A stretch of 64,000 nucleotides of DNA from Mobula hypostoma (lineage: Eukaryota). The position numbers were made by a program, and so were the translations under genes. The notes below the pieces were generated by a model. That model was not told where the DNA came from. It did not search any database and saw nothing but the letters and a program-made list of their open reading frames with translations. The stretch lies in NCBI RefSeq assembly GCF_963921235.1, contig NC_086107.1:113834001-113898000 (forward strand). The letters are read 5' to 3'. Every line of letters begins with the position of its first letter. The first letter of the stretch is position 1. Below, piece by piece: positions 12,190 through 24,555 of this stretch.

Positions 12190-13325
12190 TAGGGCACATG
12201 GTATTGGGGGCAGAGTACTGACGTGGATTGAAAATTGGCTGGCTGACAGAAAACAAAGAGTAGTGATTAACGGTCCCTTTCGGAATGGCAGGCGGTGACC
12301 AGTGGGGTACCGTAGGGTTCAGTGCTGGGACCGCAGCTGTTTACAATATATATTAATGATTTAGATGAGGGAATTAAAAGTAACATTAGCAAATTTGCTG
12401 ATGACACAAAGCTGGGTGGCAGTGTGAAATGTGAGGAGGATGTTATGAGAATGCAGGGTGACTTGGACAGGCTGGGTGAGTGGGCAGATGCATGGCAGAC
12501 GCAGTTTAATGTGGATAAATGTGAGGTTATCCACTTTGGTGGTAAGAATAGGAAGGCAGATTATTATCTAAATGGAGTCAAGTTAGGAAAAGGGGAAGCA
12601 CAACGAGATCTAAGTGTTCTTGTACATCAGTCACTGAAAGCAAGCATGCAAGTACAGCAGGCAGTGAAGAAAGCTAATGGCCTGCTGGCCTTCATAACAA
12701 GGGGAATTGAGTATAAGAGCAAAGAGGTCCTTCTGCAGCTGTACAGGGCCCTGCTGGGACCACACCTGGAGTACTGTGTGCAGTTTTGGTCTCCAAATTT
12801 GAGGAAGGACATTCTTGCTATTGAGGGAGTGCAGCATAGGTTCACAAGGTTAATTCCCGGGATGGCGGGACTGTCATATATTGAAAGATTGGAGCGACTG
12901 GGCTTGTGTACTCTGGAATTTAGAAGGCTGAGAGGGGGTCTTATTGAAACATACAAGATTATTAAGGGATTGGATGTGCTGGAGGCAGGAAGCATGTTCC
13001 CACTGATGGGTAAGTCCAGAACCAGAGGCCACAGTTTAAGAATTAGGGGTAGGCCATTTAGAACGGAGTTGAGAAAAAACTTTTTCACCCAGTGAGTGGT
13101 GGATATATGGAATGCTCTGCCCCAGAAGGCTGTGGAGGCCAAGTCTCTGGATGCTTTCAAGAAAGAGATGGATAGAATTCTTAAAGATAGCGGAATCAAA
13201 GGTTATGGGGATAAGGCAGGAACTGGATACTGATTGTGGATGATCAGCCATGATCACAGTGAATGGCGGTGCTGGCTCGAAGGGCTGAATGGCCTACTCC
13301 TGCACCTATTGTCTATTGTCTATTT
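12190..13325 (+). mobile_element. CR1 LINE, 5'-truncated, relatively young
   Basis: RT end: GPQLFTIYINDL..SKFADDTKL..HLEYCVQFW; few stops; (CTATTGT)n 3' tail. Confidence 0.92.
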
Positions 13326-14557
13326 CCGCTCGCTCGGGTACTCAGTCATTTTTGTGACTGGCCCACAAGAAATCTTCCCTGACAAGCCCACAGAACCTGT
13401 CAGAGTCACAGGTCTCTGCAGCCACCGAGCTTGACAGATCTGTTTCCTCACCAGCCACGGAGCAACTCCAACACCGAAATATATCGGCTGTCCAGTTCAA
13501 GTGTATTGTCATTCAGCTGTATGGCTGAATACAGCTAAACGAAAGCATGGGACCAAGGTGCAAAACCGAGTACATATATCACACACGCCACGGTGTCATA
13601 ACGGTTAGCATGACAGCGGTTAAGCTTGGGGCATTCCAGAGATCGGAATTCAATCCCAGCAGTTTCCACATTCTCCCAGTGAACCATGTGGGTTTCTTCC
13701 CAGTGCTCCAGTTTCCTCCGACAATCCAAAGACCGAGGTGTTCATCGGTTAATTGGTGATTGTAAATTGTTCTGTGATTAGGCTAGGGTTAACTAAGTGG
13801 GCAGGATGGCTCGTTAGGCCGGAAGAGGCCTGTTCTGCTCTGTATCTCTAAATAAAATTTTAAAAATAAAATAATACTAACAGACAAAAAGGTATTCTAT
13901 AGATTACAAGTTGACATAAAGTGCATATAGGACATGCAGTGAAATATTCAACAGTACAATGCCTCTGCGACCGTCATAAGTAACGTGAACTGGCTGGTAG
14001 CAGGGTGTTCAGGAGTCTCACAGTCTGGGGAAAGAAACTGTAACCCAGTCTGACAGTCCTTGTTCTTATACTGTGGTACCTTCTGCCAGATGGTCGGAGC
14101 TGAAAGAGATGTGGAAGGGATAGGAGGGGCCCCTGTCTGTGCTGAGGGCTCAGCTTTCCTGCCAAGCGAAGGGCTAATCGGTGAAGGCCCTTGTATCTCA
14201 AGGCAGACGTTGGAGCTACAGGAGGAACTTATGCTTATCATCTCTCCACGTTCCACCCCTTGAACCATCAGCAAGAGGAACATATGGGTGAACAAGATAT
14301 GACTTCCTCCAAAACACACAGGCAGAGGGAAGGCACAGGCCGACACTTTATAAGGCATTGGTCAGACCGCACTTGGAGTATTGTAAACAGTTTTGGGCCC
14401 CTTATCTAAGAAGGGATGCGTTGGCATTGGAGAGAGTCCAGAGGAGGTTCATGAGAGTGATCTCAGAATGATTGGGTTGACCATTGGGGAATGTTTGATG
14501 GCTCCAAATCTGTACTTGCTGGAGTTTAGAAGAATGAGGGAGGGATCTCATTGAAAC

Positions 14558-15190
14558 ATAGTCATAGTCATAGTCATACTTTATTGATCTCAGGGGGAAA
14601 TTGGTTTTCATTACAGTTGCACCATAAATAATAAATAATAATAGAACCATAAATAGTTAAATAGCAATATGTAAATTATGCCAGTAAATTATGAAATAAA
14701 TCCAGGACCAGGCTCAGGGTGTCTGACCCTCCAAGGGGGGAGTTGTAAAGTTTGATGGCCACAGGCAGGAATGACTTCCTATGACGCTCTGTGCTGCATC
14801 TCGGTGGAATGAGTCTCTGGCTGAATGTACTCCTGTGCCCAACCAGTACATTATGTAGTGGATGGGAGACATTGTCCAAGATGGCATCCAACTTGGACAG
14901 CATCCTCTTTTCAGACACCACCGTCAGAGAGTCCAGTTCCATCCCCACAACATCACTGGCCTTACGAATGAGTTTGTTGATTCTGTTGGTGTCTGCTACC
15001 CTCAGCCTGCTGCCCCAGCACACAACAGCAAACATGATTGTACCAGCCACCACAGACTCGTAGAACATCCTCAGCGTCGTCCGACAGATGTTAAAGGACC
15101 TCAGTCTCCTCAGGAAATAGAGACGGCTCTGACCCTTCTTGTAGACAGCCTCAGTGTTCTTAGACCAGTCCAGTTTAATGTCAATTTGTA
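14558..15190 (-). mobile_element. Copy of the same young Rex1/Babar-type LINE, nested in a CR1 fragment
   Basis: Near-identical to 28790-29410 with the same (tagtca)3 tail; CR1 sequence on both sides. Confidence 0.88.
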
Positions 15191-15834
15191 TTGAATATTG
15201 AATATTGAAAACCTATTGAGTATTGAAACACCAAGATAAAGTGGATGTGGAGAGCCTGTTTTCTACACTGGGGGAGCCTAGGACCAACGAGAACAGCCTC
15301 AGAACACAAGGACGTCCCTTTAGGACGGAGATGAGGAGGAATTTCTTTAACCAGAGGGTGGTGAATCGGTGAAATTCATTGCAACAGATAACTGCGGAGG
15401 TCGTCACTGGGCATATTTAGAGCGGAGTTTGATAGGTTCTTTGTTAGTCAGAGTGTCAAGGGTTGTGGGGAGAAAGTCAGAGAATGGGTTTGAAAGGAAT
15501 ATTAAATTAGCTATGATGGAAAGGCAGAGCAGTTTGATGGGTCGAATGGCCAGATTCTGATCCAATGTCTTGTGATGTTATGGTCTAAGAGGTGAATTTA
15601 GAGCACTGAGCTCAGTGCTAAAGAAGGAATTTCAAGAAGTTTCGAGTGAAGTACACATGGGAAGCAACTGGTTTATGTGAATTTGTAATCTCAGAAATCG
15701 ATGTGTCAGTGTGGGCTGGAGCATACGTGCTGACTTCCCACTTTGTCAGGAATCTATTTACCTCATGAGTTCATTTCTTAAACTTCCACATTCCAGAACA
15801 TTTAACATCACACGTGCTGTCTCGTCTCATAACT

Positions 15835-16880
15835 TCAAAGTTCAAAGTAAATTTATTATCAAAGTATATATATATATGTCACCATATACAACCTTGAGAT
15901 TCATTTTTTGCAGGCATTCACAGTAGAAACAAGAAAGAATAGAATCAATGAAAGACTGCACCCAACAGGACCGACAGACAACTGATGTACAGAAGACAAC
16001 AAACTGTGCAAATATAAAAAGAAAGTGAAAAAAAGAAATAATAATTAATAAATAAATAGCAATAAATATTGAGAATGAGATGAAGAGTCCTTAAAAGTGA
16101 GCCCATAGTTTGTGAGAACAGTTCAGTGAAGGGACGAGTGAAGCTGAGTGAAGTTATCCCCTTTTGTTCAAGAGCCTGATTGTTGATTGTACTAACTTTG
16201 CTGAACCTGGTCGTGTGGGTCCTGAGGCTCCTGTACCTCTTTCTTGAGAGTGTATTGACTGGCTGCATCACGGCCTGGTATGGAAACACCAATACCTGCA
16301 ACGAGTAGTGGACTCGGCCCAGTACATCACGGGTAAAGCCCACCCAACCACTGAGCACATCTTGAAATGCTGTCGTAGGAAAGTAGCATCCATCATCAGA
16401 GATCCCCACACCCAGGCCATGCTCTCTTCTTGCTGCTGCCATCAGGTAGAAGGTACAGGAGCCTCAGGATTCACACCACCAGGTTCAAGAACAGTTACTA
16501 CCCCTCAACCATCAGGCTCTTAAGCAAAAGGGGATAACTATACTCACTTGCCCATCATTGAGATGTTCCCACAACCAATGATCTCACTTTAAGGACTCTT
16601 TATCTCATTATCTCGCGTTCTCGTTATTTATTGCTATTTATTTATATTTGCATTTGCACAGTTTGTTGTCTTCTGCACTCTGGTTGATCTTTCATGGATC
16701 CTGTTATAGTTACTATTCTATAGATTTGCTGAGTATGCCCACAGGAAAATGAATCTCAGGGTTGTATGTGGTGACATATATGCACTCTGATAATGAAATT
16801 TACTTTGATCTTTGATCTTTGACTATGATGGCAGCAGCAAGAAGAGAGTATGGCTGGGATGGTGGGTAGCCCTTGGACAG
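15835..16880. mobile_element. Older Rex1/Babar-type LINE tails; a + copy (~16245-16823) inserted in a - copy
   Basis: PGHALFSLLPSGRRYRSL-type coding remnant and the 'gaaaatgaatctcagggttgta..tttactttga' 3'UTR in both orientations. This tail recurs many times in the window. Confidence 0.75.
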
Positions 16881-17958
16881 TAAAGGAGACATCCTGATTG
16901 ACGTTCGATCCGTGGTCGGTGTCTCCTTCCCAAGCTGTACTGTCTCGGTGCTCTCCAGCCAAGGCTGAAGATCATTGCTTCTATCCTTGTTACCAGCCCG
17001 AAGGCCAGCATTCTGTCAGCCATTGTCATTTAGAGAAAAGCACAGTAACAGTTTCTTCCTGCCCAGAGAGCCAGTGATGTCCACTTACACCCTTGTGACC
17101 CAGTGAGCAGTAGGTCTTTGGACCCATTCGGTCACCGGAGAACGTACAAACTCCGTCCAGACAGCAGCGGGATTGTAGCCGGGTTGCTAGCGCTGTGGTA
17201 GTGTTATGCTAAGTGCTATTCTACTGGGGCTGCGGTTGGTTGTCCATCATACCCAACAATGGCAGGAGACCTGGACAGATGAGACTTTGAAGTGGAGAAA
17301 GATGTTGTACTGGGACAGTTCCATCCTCTCGACCTCGGAGGTCCAGCTTCAGCGGTACAAGCAGTCATTACAAACTGCGATCTTCCCTAGGTGACCGCGA
17401 CTATTTCTGTGCCTTGCCATGCCCTTCTGTCTCCAAGGAGCATCACTGAACCTCTTTCCTGGCTATCAGACCTCATCTGCCCAGTCTGCCAGAGCTAACT
17501 TCACAAGATAGGACATGTGCCTCGACAAAGATTTAAAGCACATTTATTATCAAAGTGTGAATGCAGTATAAAACCCTGAGATTCGCCTTCCCACAGTCAG
17601 TAATGAAACAAAGAAAACTATAAGACTGATTCAAAGAAAAACATCAAACCCCTACCAATGACCAAAAACACAAATCGCACAAACAACAGCAAAAATATGA
17701 GCAACAATCACAGAAGATAAAACACAAAATGGAAGGGGTCTGGGCACATCCAGTTTCAGCTCAATGCTCATTATCTGCAGAGTGCCCCAATTCAAAATCG
17801 CCCAATAGCAACAAAAAAAGGAGTGACCAGAAACCAGACGCACATCTTAACATGATCTACAGACCGTGTCGATTACACCTTGCTCAAGACCCAAATCTTC
17901 CAACAGCATCGCGGGAGAAAGAGACCGTCAGACACAGGCACCTTCCTCTGGCAGTAGA

Positions 17959-18003
<45 letters not shown>

Positions 18004-18697
18004 TCACACACAAACTTCCTTCAGTAGCGGCGAGAGGCTGGTAGACGGCGCTGAACTCTCGTTTGCCTTCCACACTCGCCTCACTGATTTCAATCTTCCT
18101 TGGCTCTTTAATTTAATAATAATGCACACTTTAGGAACAGCTTCTTCCCTTTTGCCGTCAGATTTCTAAACGGTCCATGAACCCATGTACACTATCTCAC
18201 TATTCCCCTTTACATTGTACGTCTTCCCAGTTGCCAAATAATACAATACTACTGAGCCAACACAAAGCTAAGTACCCTTATTCCTGTTTCCCAACCACCT
18301 TCCTACTTTAACCAATATACAGTACTGTCTTAGGCACCCTAACTATACATGTGCCTAAGATTTTTGCACGGTACTGTAATCATTTTTTTATTGTAACTTA
18401 CAGTAATTTTTGGCCCTTGTATCTCAAGGCAGCTGCCTTTCCAGGGCAGACGTTTTAGCAGCAGGGAGCCTACAACAGGAACTTGTGCTTATCAATTCCC
18501 TTCACTCTCCACATTCCATCTACTGAACTACCAGCGAGTGGAACATATGGGTGCATAAGATACGACTTCCTCCAAGACTCACGTACACATTGTGCAAACA
18601 ATAAAAATGAGCAAACAGCGTTCAGAATGAAAGAGAGTCCATAGACATGAAGCCTGGAGCAGGCCACAGCCTCAGCCTCAGTTCATCACACGGCGGA

Positions 18698-19143
18698 GCA
18701 GAACGTCATGGAGCTCACAGACACAAGACCCAGGGCAGAACGTCGCGGAGCTCGCAGACACAAGGCCCAGGGCAGAACGTCACGGAGCTCGCAGACACAA
18801 GACCCAGAGCAGAACGTCACGGAGCTCGCAGACACAAGGCCCAGGGCAGAACGTCACGGAGCTCGCAGACACAAGGCCCAGGGCAGAACGTCACGGAGCT
18901 CGCAGACACAAGGCCCAGAGCAGAACGTCATAGAGCTCGCAGACACAAGGCCCAGGGCAGAACGTCGCGGAGCTTGCAGACACAAGGCCCAGGGCAGAAC
19001 GTCACGGAGCTCGCAGACACAAGGCCCAGAGCAGAACGTCATAGAGCTCGCAGACACAAGGCCCAGGGCAGAACGTCGCGGAGCTTGCAGACACAAGGCC
19101 CAGGGCAGAACGTCGCGGAGCTCGCAGACACAAGGCCCAGAGC
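18698..19143. repeat. Minisatellite, 37 bp x ~12
   Basis: Unit gcagaacgtcacggagctcgcagacacaaggcccagg. Confidence 0.95.
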
Positions 19144-19670
19144 GGGCCCGCAGCTTTGGCCTCAGTGTAGCGAAGAGCGGAGCAAACATCGCAGAGCTGC
19201 AGGCAGATCTGGGCCAGCCGTCGCCTCCAGTCCTGACACCCTGCCTTTTCAATCCATCCAGCCCTGCGTTTAAATTGTCCAAACCTCAGGTTGTTCCTCA
19301 TTCAAAGACCCGGTCCCTGTCCCATTGATACACTGTCAAAACAAAACAAACAGAATAAATATAAAAGCAATCCTATGAAGCACAAACTGTGATGTACATA
19401 GACAACACCTCCACCCACTAACCCACCTCACCGCCACTGATCCCCCCTCTGTGGCGCTGCGCGGCCACGCGGTAACTGAAATGCTCCCATGCACATAGCC
19501 TTTGTTGCCACGCAGTTGGAATTTTCTTTTACTAATGTTTTATTAAAGTGCCACACAGTTTTCAGGCTGTGAAAAAATTTCCTGGTCAGAGCAATGGTTG
19601 GTCCACGCAGCTGTTAAAAAAATAGAGGAATGTTGCCCCCCACACCCCCAACCACCTTTTCTTTACCACT

Positions 19671-20530
19671 TGTTACGAGAATACACATAAAATTAAGATG
19701 TTTGCTGGCCTGGGCTAGCATCAGTGGCATCAGCAGTTGGTCTGCCACCTGCCCTCAGGGGAAGGAGAGATAAGGAACAATGGAGCAGCGTCTGGAGATG
19801 TGTAATGAAGGGATGTGGGAGGAAGAGCTGTCTGGAGCGGCTCCCCCCTTTGAACCCTGAACTGTTTGAAGTGATGGACAGGCGATACCCCAGCAGGGGG
19901 ATAAAAAGGGACAGGTTCGCTAAGACAGACACACACGCCACCCGAGGTAACGAGACCCTGGAAGCGGTGCGCCTCTCACGAGTGGTGAGAAGTACCGGAC
20001 AACGCCCAGGGTGGAAAGGTACGATCAGCGGGAACCCGGTGTGTGTCCGCCCTTGCCTGGGTGCCGGGTTCACTGCAGAGGATCGACCGCATCTGGAGGA
20101 GGGGTCACAGTCGGTGACCTCAGGTGACATCACCAAGGACCCGCCCAAATGCTGTTTGTGAGCCATCTCGCTGGTCTGTGAGTGAAGCAGTGTTCTGAAT
20201 GATCAGTTGTTCCTATTCTATGTCTCTCTTCCCCCACGTTGTCCACCGCCATGGCAACGATTACTGCGAACTGAACTACAAACTGGACTGAACTTTGAGT
20301 CATTTTGAAATTGGTCATTTACCCCTAGACAACGATAGAGCTTGATTGATGCTGTTATCTTAATTCTGTGCACATGTGTGGTTATCATTGTTGAATTGTT
20401 GCATTTATTATCCTTTCGATTACTGTGTTGCTTGTTTCTGTAATAAAACTTTCTTAGTTCTAGTACTCCAGACTCCAACTGAGTGATCCATTTCTGCTGG
20501 TTTGGCAACCCAGTTACGGGGTACGTAACA
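19671..20530 (+). mobile_element. Solo LTR (860 bp; Ty3/Gypsy- or ERV-type)
   Basis: Termini TGTTACG...CGTAACA (perfect 7-bp inverted repeat), 4-bp TSD CACT (19667-19670 and 20531-20534), TATA-like gataaaa near 19900, AATAAA at 20442. Confidence 0.88.
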
Positions 20531-20535
20531 CACTA

Positions 20536-20767
20536 ATGAGAGAAAATCTGCAGATGCTGGAAATCCAAGCAACACACACAAAATGCTGGAGGAACTCAGC
20601 AGGCCAGGCAGTGTCCATGGAAAAAAGTATAGTCGATGTTTCAGGCCGAGAACCTCCAGCAGAATTCACTGTCCTGCTGAAGGGTCTTGCTGTAAAATGT
20701 CGACTGTACTCTTTTCCATAGATGCTGTCTGGCCTGCCGAGTTCCTCCAGCATTTTGTGTGTGTTGT
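20536..20767. mobile_element. Second, older fold-back Penelope pLTR insertion
   Basis: ~90-bp imperfect inverted arms (caacacacacaaaatgctggaggaactc... / ...gagttcctccagcattttgtgtgtgttg) around a short spacer. Confidence 0.75.
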
Positions 20768-21043
20768 TCACTTTATCATTTTCTGTCAGTCACCTTATGT
20801 CCAGACACTCCTGTGCCCAGCATCACTTTATGGACGTACAATCAATCTGTGTGTATCTTATGTATTTATGTTTAATGTGTTTTTATTATGATGTTCTTTA
20901 TCTTAATGTGTTTTTTGTGATTCATTAGGTCTCCTTTACATTTGTGTACAGGAAATTACATTAAATAATATTGAACTTTGTTGTATGTTTCCCTGCCGAT
21001 GTGTGAAGGTCTAATCTCTACTCTGGCACTCTAACCATACCTA

Positions 21044-21355
21044 AAGTAAAAGGCATCCGTTAGTCTTGCGAGGCCATGGATCTGCGCCTGGAAAGTCTTC
21101 ACTCTCCAGGGTGCAGGCCTGGGCAAGGTTGTATGGAAGACCAGCAGTTGCCCATGCTGCAAGTCTCCCCTCTCCATGACACCAATGTTGTCCAAGGGAA
21201 GGGCATTAGGACCCATACAGTTTGGCACCAGTGTCGTCGCAGAGCACTGTGTGATTAAGTGCCTTGCTCAAGGACACACATGTTGCCTCGGCTGGGGCTC
21301 GAACTCATGACCTTCAGGTCGCTAGTCCAATGCCTTAACCACTTGGCCACGTGCC
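21044..21355 (-). mobile_element. Full-length tRNA-derived SINE (CORE-like centre)
   Basis: Minus strand: A box TGGCCAAGTGG, B box GAGTTCGAGCC, then gtgtccttgagcaaggcacttaa; 17-bp TSD cactctaaccat(a/t)ccta. Confidence 0.85.
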
Positions 21356-21689
21356 CACTCTAACCATTCCTACTGCCTCATCTATCATCGGCACTGATGA
21401 CCCACAGCACCATTCCACATGCACAAAGACCAGAGGATGATAGAAAATGTGCAACACAGGGGGCTGCCCAGCTGGGGTCAGGACAGCTGTAGGGAGACCC
21501 CCCCCCCCCCGCCACTGCACTCTGTCTGTGCTCCTGCAGGGAACACTCTGTTTAACTGTGATGAGGGGTTTCTGTCCCTCCCTCCCACACTTTCACACAG
21601 TGATGTCCAGACTAAACCCCACCCCACAACCTCTCCCATTTCTCCTCCATTGATTCCTCTTACTCACTCCACCATGTAAGGGTACTCTG

Positions 21690-22504
21690 TTCTCTCTCTC
21701 TCTGTTTCTCTCTCTCACTCTCACTCTCCCTCTCTCACTCCCTCTTTCTCTTCCTTTCTTTCTCTGTCTGTCTCTCCTTTCCGTCTCCCCCCTCTCTCCC
21801 TTTTCCTCTCCCTCGCCCTCTACTCCCCCTCCCTTCCACCCTTTCTCTCCCCCTTCCTCCCCTCCCTCTCCCCTATCTCTCCCACTCGTTCTCCCCTCTC
21901 TTTCTCTCTCTCCTCTTTCTCATCTCCCTCCCTTCCTTCCCTCTGCCCCTCCCTCCTTCCCTCCCTCCCTCTCTCCTCGAGCAGCTCCTGACAGACTCCC
22001 AGTAGCTGTAGGTTTACGCTGACTTTCCGAACTTCCCGCCCGCCCATATCCCGGAGGCTGAGATGATGAAGGAAGTGTCCTGTTTGACAGGGTGTGAAAA
22101 CCGCTTTTTCCAGAAAGATGCGGTGGGAGAACTGCTGAAGCGGGTCAGCGCTGGAGGAAGTTAGAGGCTCGGGTTGCGGCGGGGGCGGTGGAGAGAGAGA
22201 GAGGAGAGACGGACAGAGAGAGGGAGAGAGGCAGTCAGACAGACAGCGAGCAGCTGCTTCAACTCCGGCCCTCTCAATGTCATATCCTCACCATCTCTTA
22301 CTCGGGACGCTACATCCAGGAGAAGGCGACAAATCTGAGTCGTAATATCCAGGTTAGACTGACAAGATGATGCGAGCTGATTAATTTCCAATCTCATTGT
22401 CAGTGCCGCCGCAGCGAAGCGTCAGGAAGTTGAGGCAAAAAAGTTGTAGCAACTTTTCCAAAAGTTTTTTCTTCTCCCTCTTGCCTGCCCCCGCCCCGGG
22501 CGCG
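21690..22504 (+). promoter_or_regulatory. Putative promoter/5'UTR of the GNA12-like gene: ~290-bp CT tract followed by CpG-rich unique sequence
   Basis: Polypyrimidine tract 21690-21978, ETS-like (ggaagt) and GC-box-like (gggggcggtg near 22181) motifs, CpG-rich sequence running into exon 1. TSS unknown. Confidence 0.55.
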
Positions 22505-22990
22505 ATGGCCGGGCCGGAGGGTGCTTGGAAACACGGCTGCCTGCCGAGTTGCTTCGCCTCCGGGGACGAGCTGGAGATGCGACGAAGGAGCAAAGGGATC
22601 GACCAGATGCTGGCGAGGGAGCGACCGCACATGAGGAGGATGGTGAAGATTCTCCTGCTGGGAGCGGGCGAGAGTGGGAAGAGCACCTTCCTGAAGCAGA
22701 TGCGGATCATCCACGGGAAGGAATTCGACAGAAACACCCTAGAAGAATTCCGGGATATAATTTACGGGAATATCGTCAGCGGGATGCGGGTCCTGGTGGA
22801 CGCGAGGGAGAAGCTGGGGCTTCCTTGGGAGAACAGCGGGAATGAGAAACACGGGCTCTTCCTGGCAGCTTTCGAGAGCAGTAGCATTGGAGTGGAGGGA
22901 CGTTTCCAAAGCGTTCTCCCGGCCGTCAGAGCCCTCTGGAATGATGGAAGTATCAAAGAGGCCTATAGGAGGAGATCGGAGTTCCAGCTG
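22505..22990 (+). CDS. GNA12: G-protein alpha subunit, G12/13 family (GNA12-like), coding exon 1 (aa 1-162)
   Basis: Good Kozak context gcgATGg. KILLLGAGESGKSTFLKQMRIIHG P-loop; helical domain ending RRSEFQL, then donor GTAGGT at 22991 (phase 0). The symbol means GNA12-like; strict orthology is uncertain. Confidence 0.95.
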
Positions 22991-24200
22991 GTAGGTAATT
23001 CAATGCAAAGCGAAGGAGCAGTTGGTCAAAGGGAGATGTCACCCTCAACTCCCGTTTGTGTGAAGACACGGGAGCAGAATCGGGCCATTCGGCCCGTCCA
23101 GTCTGCTCCGCCTTCCATTTTGGCTGATTTATTATCCCTCTCAAATCCGTTCTTCTGCCCTCACCCCATAACCTTAATCGCCCTGGCCAATCAAGAACCT
23201 ATCAATCTCTGCTTTAAATGTACTCAGTAAATTGGCCTCTGCAGCCATCTGTGGCGATGAACTCCACAGATTCACTACCCACTAGCTAAAGAAATTCCAT
23301 CCTCACCTGATCTGAAGGAACGTCTTTCTAGTCTGAAGCCATGCCTTCTACCCCTAGACTCCTCCTTTATAGGAGATATCCCCTCCACATCCACTCTATC
23401 CAGGTCTTTCAATGTTTGGTATGTTCCTATGAGACCTCCCTCCCCCACCCAGCTCCAGCAAGTGAAGAGTGGAGATGTCCCGGTCAAGGGCGGGAAAGGC
23501 TGGGTTCGCCAAGGTGAAGCTGAAGTGCTGGAGACCTTGGAATCGAGGGTCAAGGTCGCAGCACAAAGGTGAGGGGCACTTTGGACTGAGTTAAGGGAAG
23601 TTCCTTCAGTCCGAGGGTCGTGGAACTTTGGAATTCCTTCCCCAGGGAGATTGTGCACTCACTGGGAAGCCCTGAGGCTGAGGGTCCTGGGATGAGGCAG
23701 GGAATGGGGCTGAGGTGGAAGATCACATCCAAACTCATCAAAATGGTGCAAAAAGGTTTGAAAGGCTGAGTTCAATTTAAATGTATTGCCAAACTTCATA
23801 TATGTCACCATATTACTATCCTGAGATTCATTTTCTTGCAGGCATTCATAGTAGATCGATGACTCAATGAGATACCAGACACAACGCAAGCAGGCTTTTT
23901 CCACGGAGGTTCGGTGGGACTACAATGAGAGGTCATGGGTTAAGGGTGAAAGGTGAAAAGTTTAAAGGGAACATGAGGGGAAACCTCTTCACTCAGAGGG
24001 TCAAGAGAATGCAGAGCAATCTGCCAGTGCAGGGCAAACTCAATTTCAACGTTTAAGAGAAGTTTGGGTAGGTACATGGATGGGAGGGGTATGCAGGGCT
24101 ATGGTCCCGGTGCAGGTCGATGGGAGTAAGCACTTTAAATGTTTCAGCACACACTAGATGGGCCAAAGGGCCTGTTCTGTGCCGTACTTTTCAATGATTC

Positions 24201-24555
24201 TAGTCATAGTCATAGTCATACTTTATTGATCCCGGGGGAAATTGGTTTTTGTTACAGTTGCACCATAAATAATTAAATAGTAATAAAACCATAAATAGTT
24301 AAATAGTAATATGTAAATTATGCCAGGAAATAAGTCCAGGACCAGCCTATTGGCTCAGGGTGTCTGACCCTCCAAGGGAGGAGTTGTAAAGTTTGATGGC
24401 CACAGGCAGGAATGACTTCCTATGACGCTCTGTGTTGCATCTCGGTGGAATGAGTCTCTGGCTGAATGTACTCCTGTGCCCAACCAGTACATTATGTAGT
24501 GGATGGGAGACATTGTCCAAGATGGCATGCAACTTGGACAGCATCCTCTTTTCAG
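24201..24555 (-). mobile_element. Third copy of the young Rex1/Babar-type LINE (short)
   Basis: Near-identical to 28790-29143. Confidence 0.88.

Noticed and set aside
18647..19328. ~200-aa ORFs in two frames
   Set aside because: Product of the 37-bp tandem repeat.
19693..20166. 145- and 157-aa ORFs on opposite strands
   Set aside because: Both lie inside the solo LTR, with no gag/pol/env or other recognisable motif.
21284..21355. Possible tRNA gene on the minus strand
   Set aside because: A and B boxes are present, but there is no proper acceptor stem and it continues into a SINE body bounded by a TSD.
22397..23230. 277-aa single-exon ORF as the G-alpha product
   Set aside because: It starts at a TTG and runs into intron 1; the true start is ATG 22505 and homology stops at the donor at 22991.
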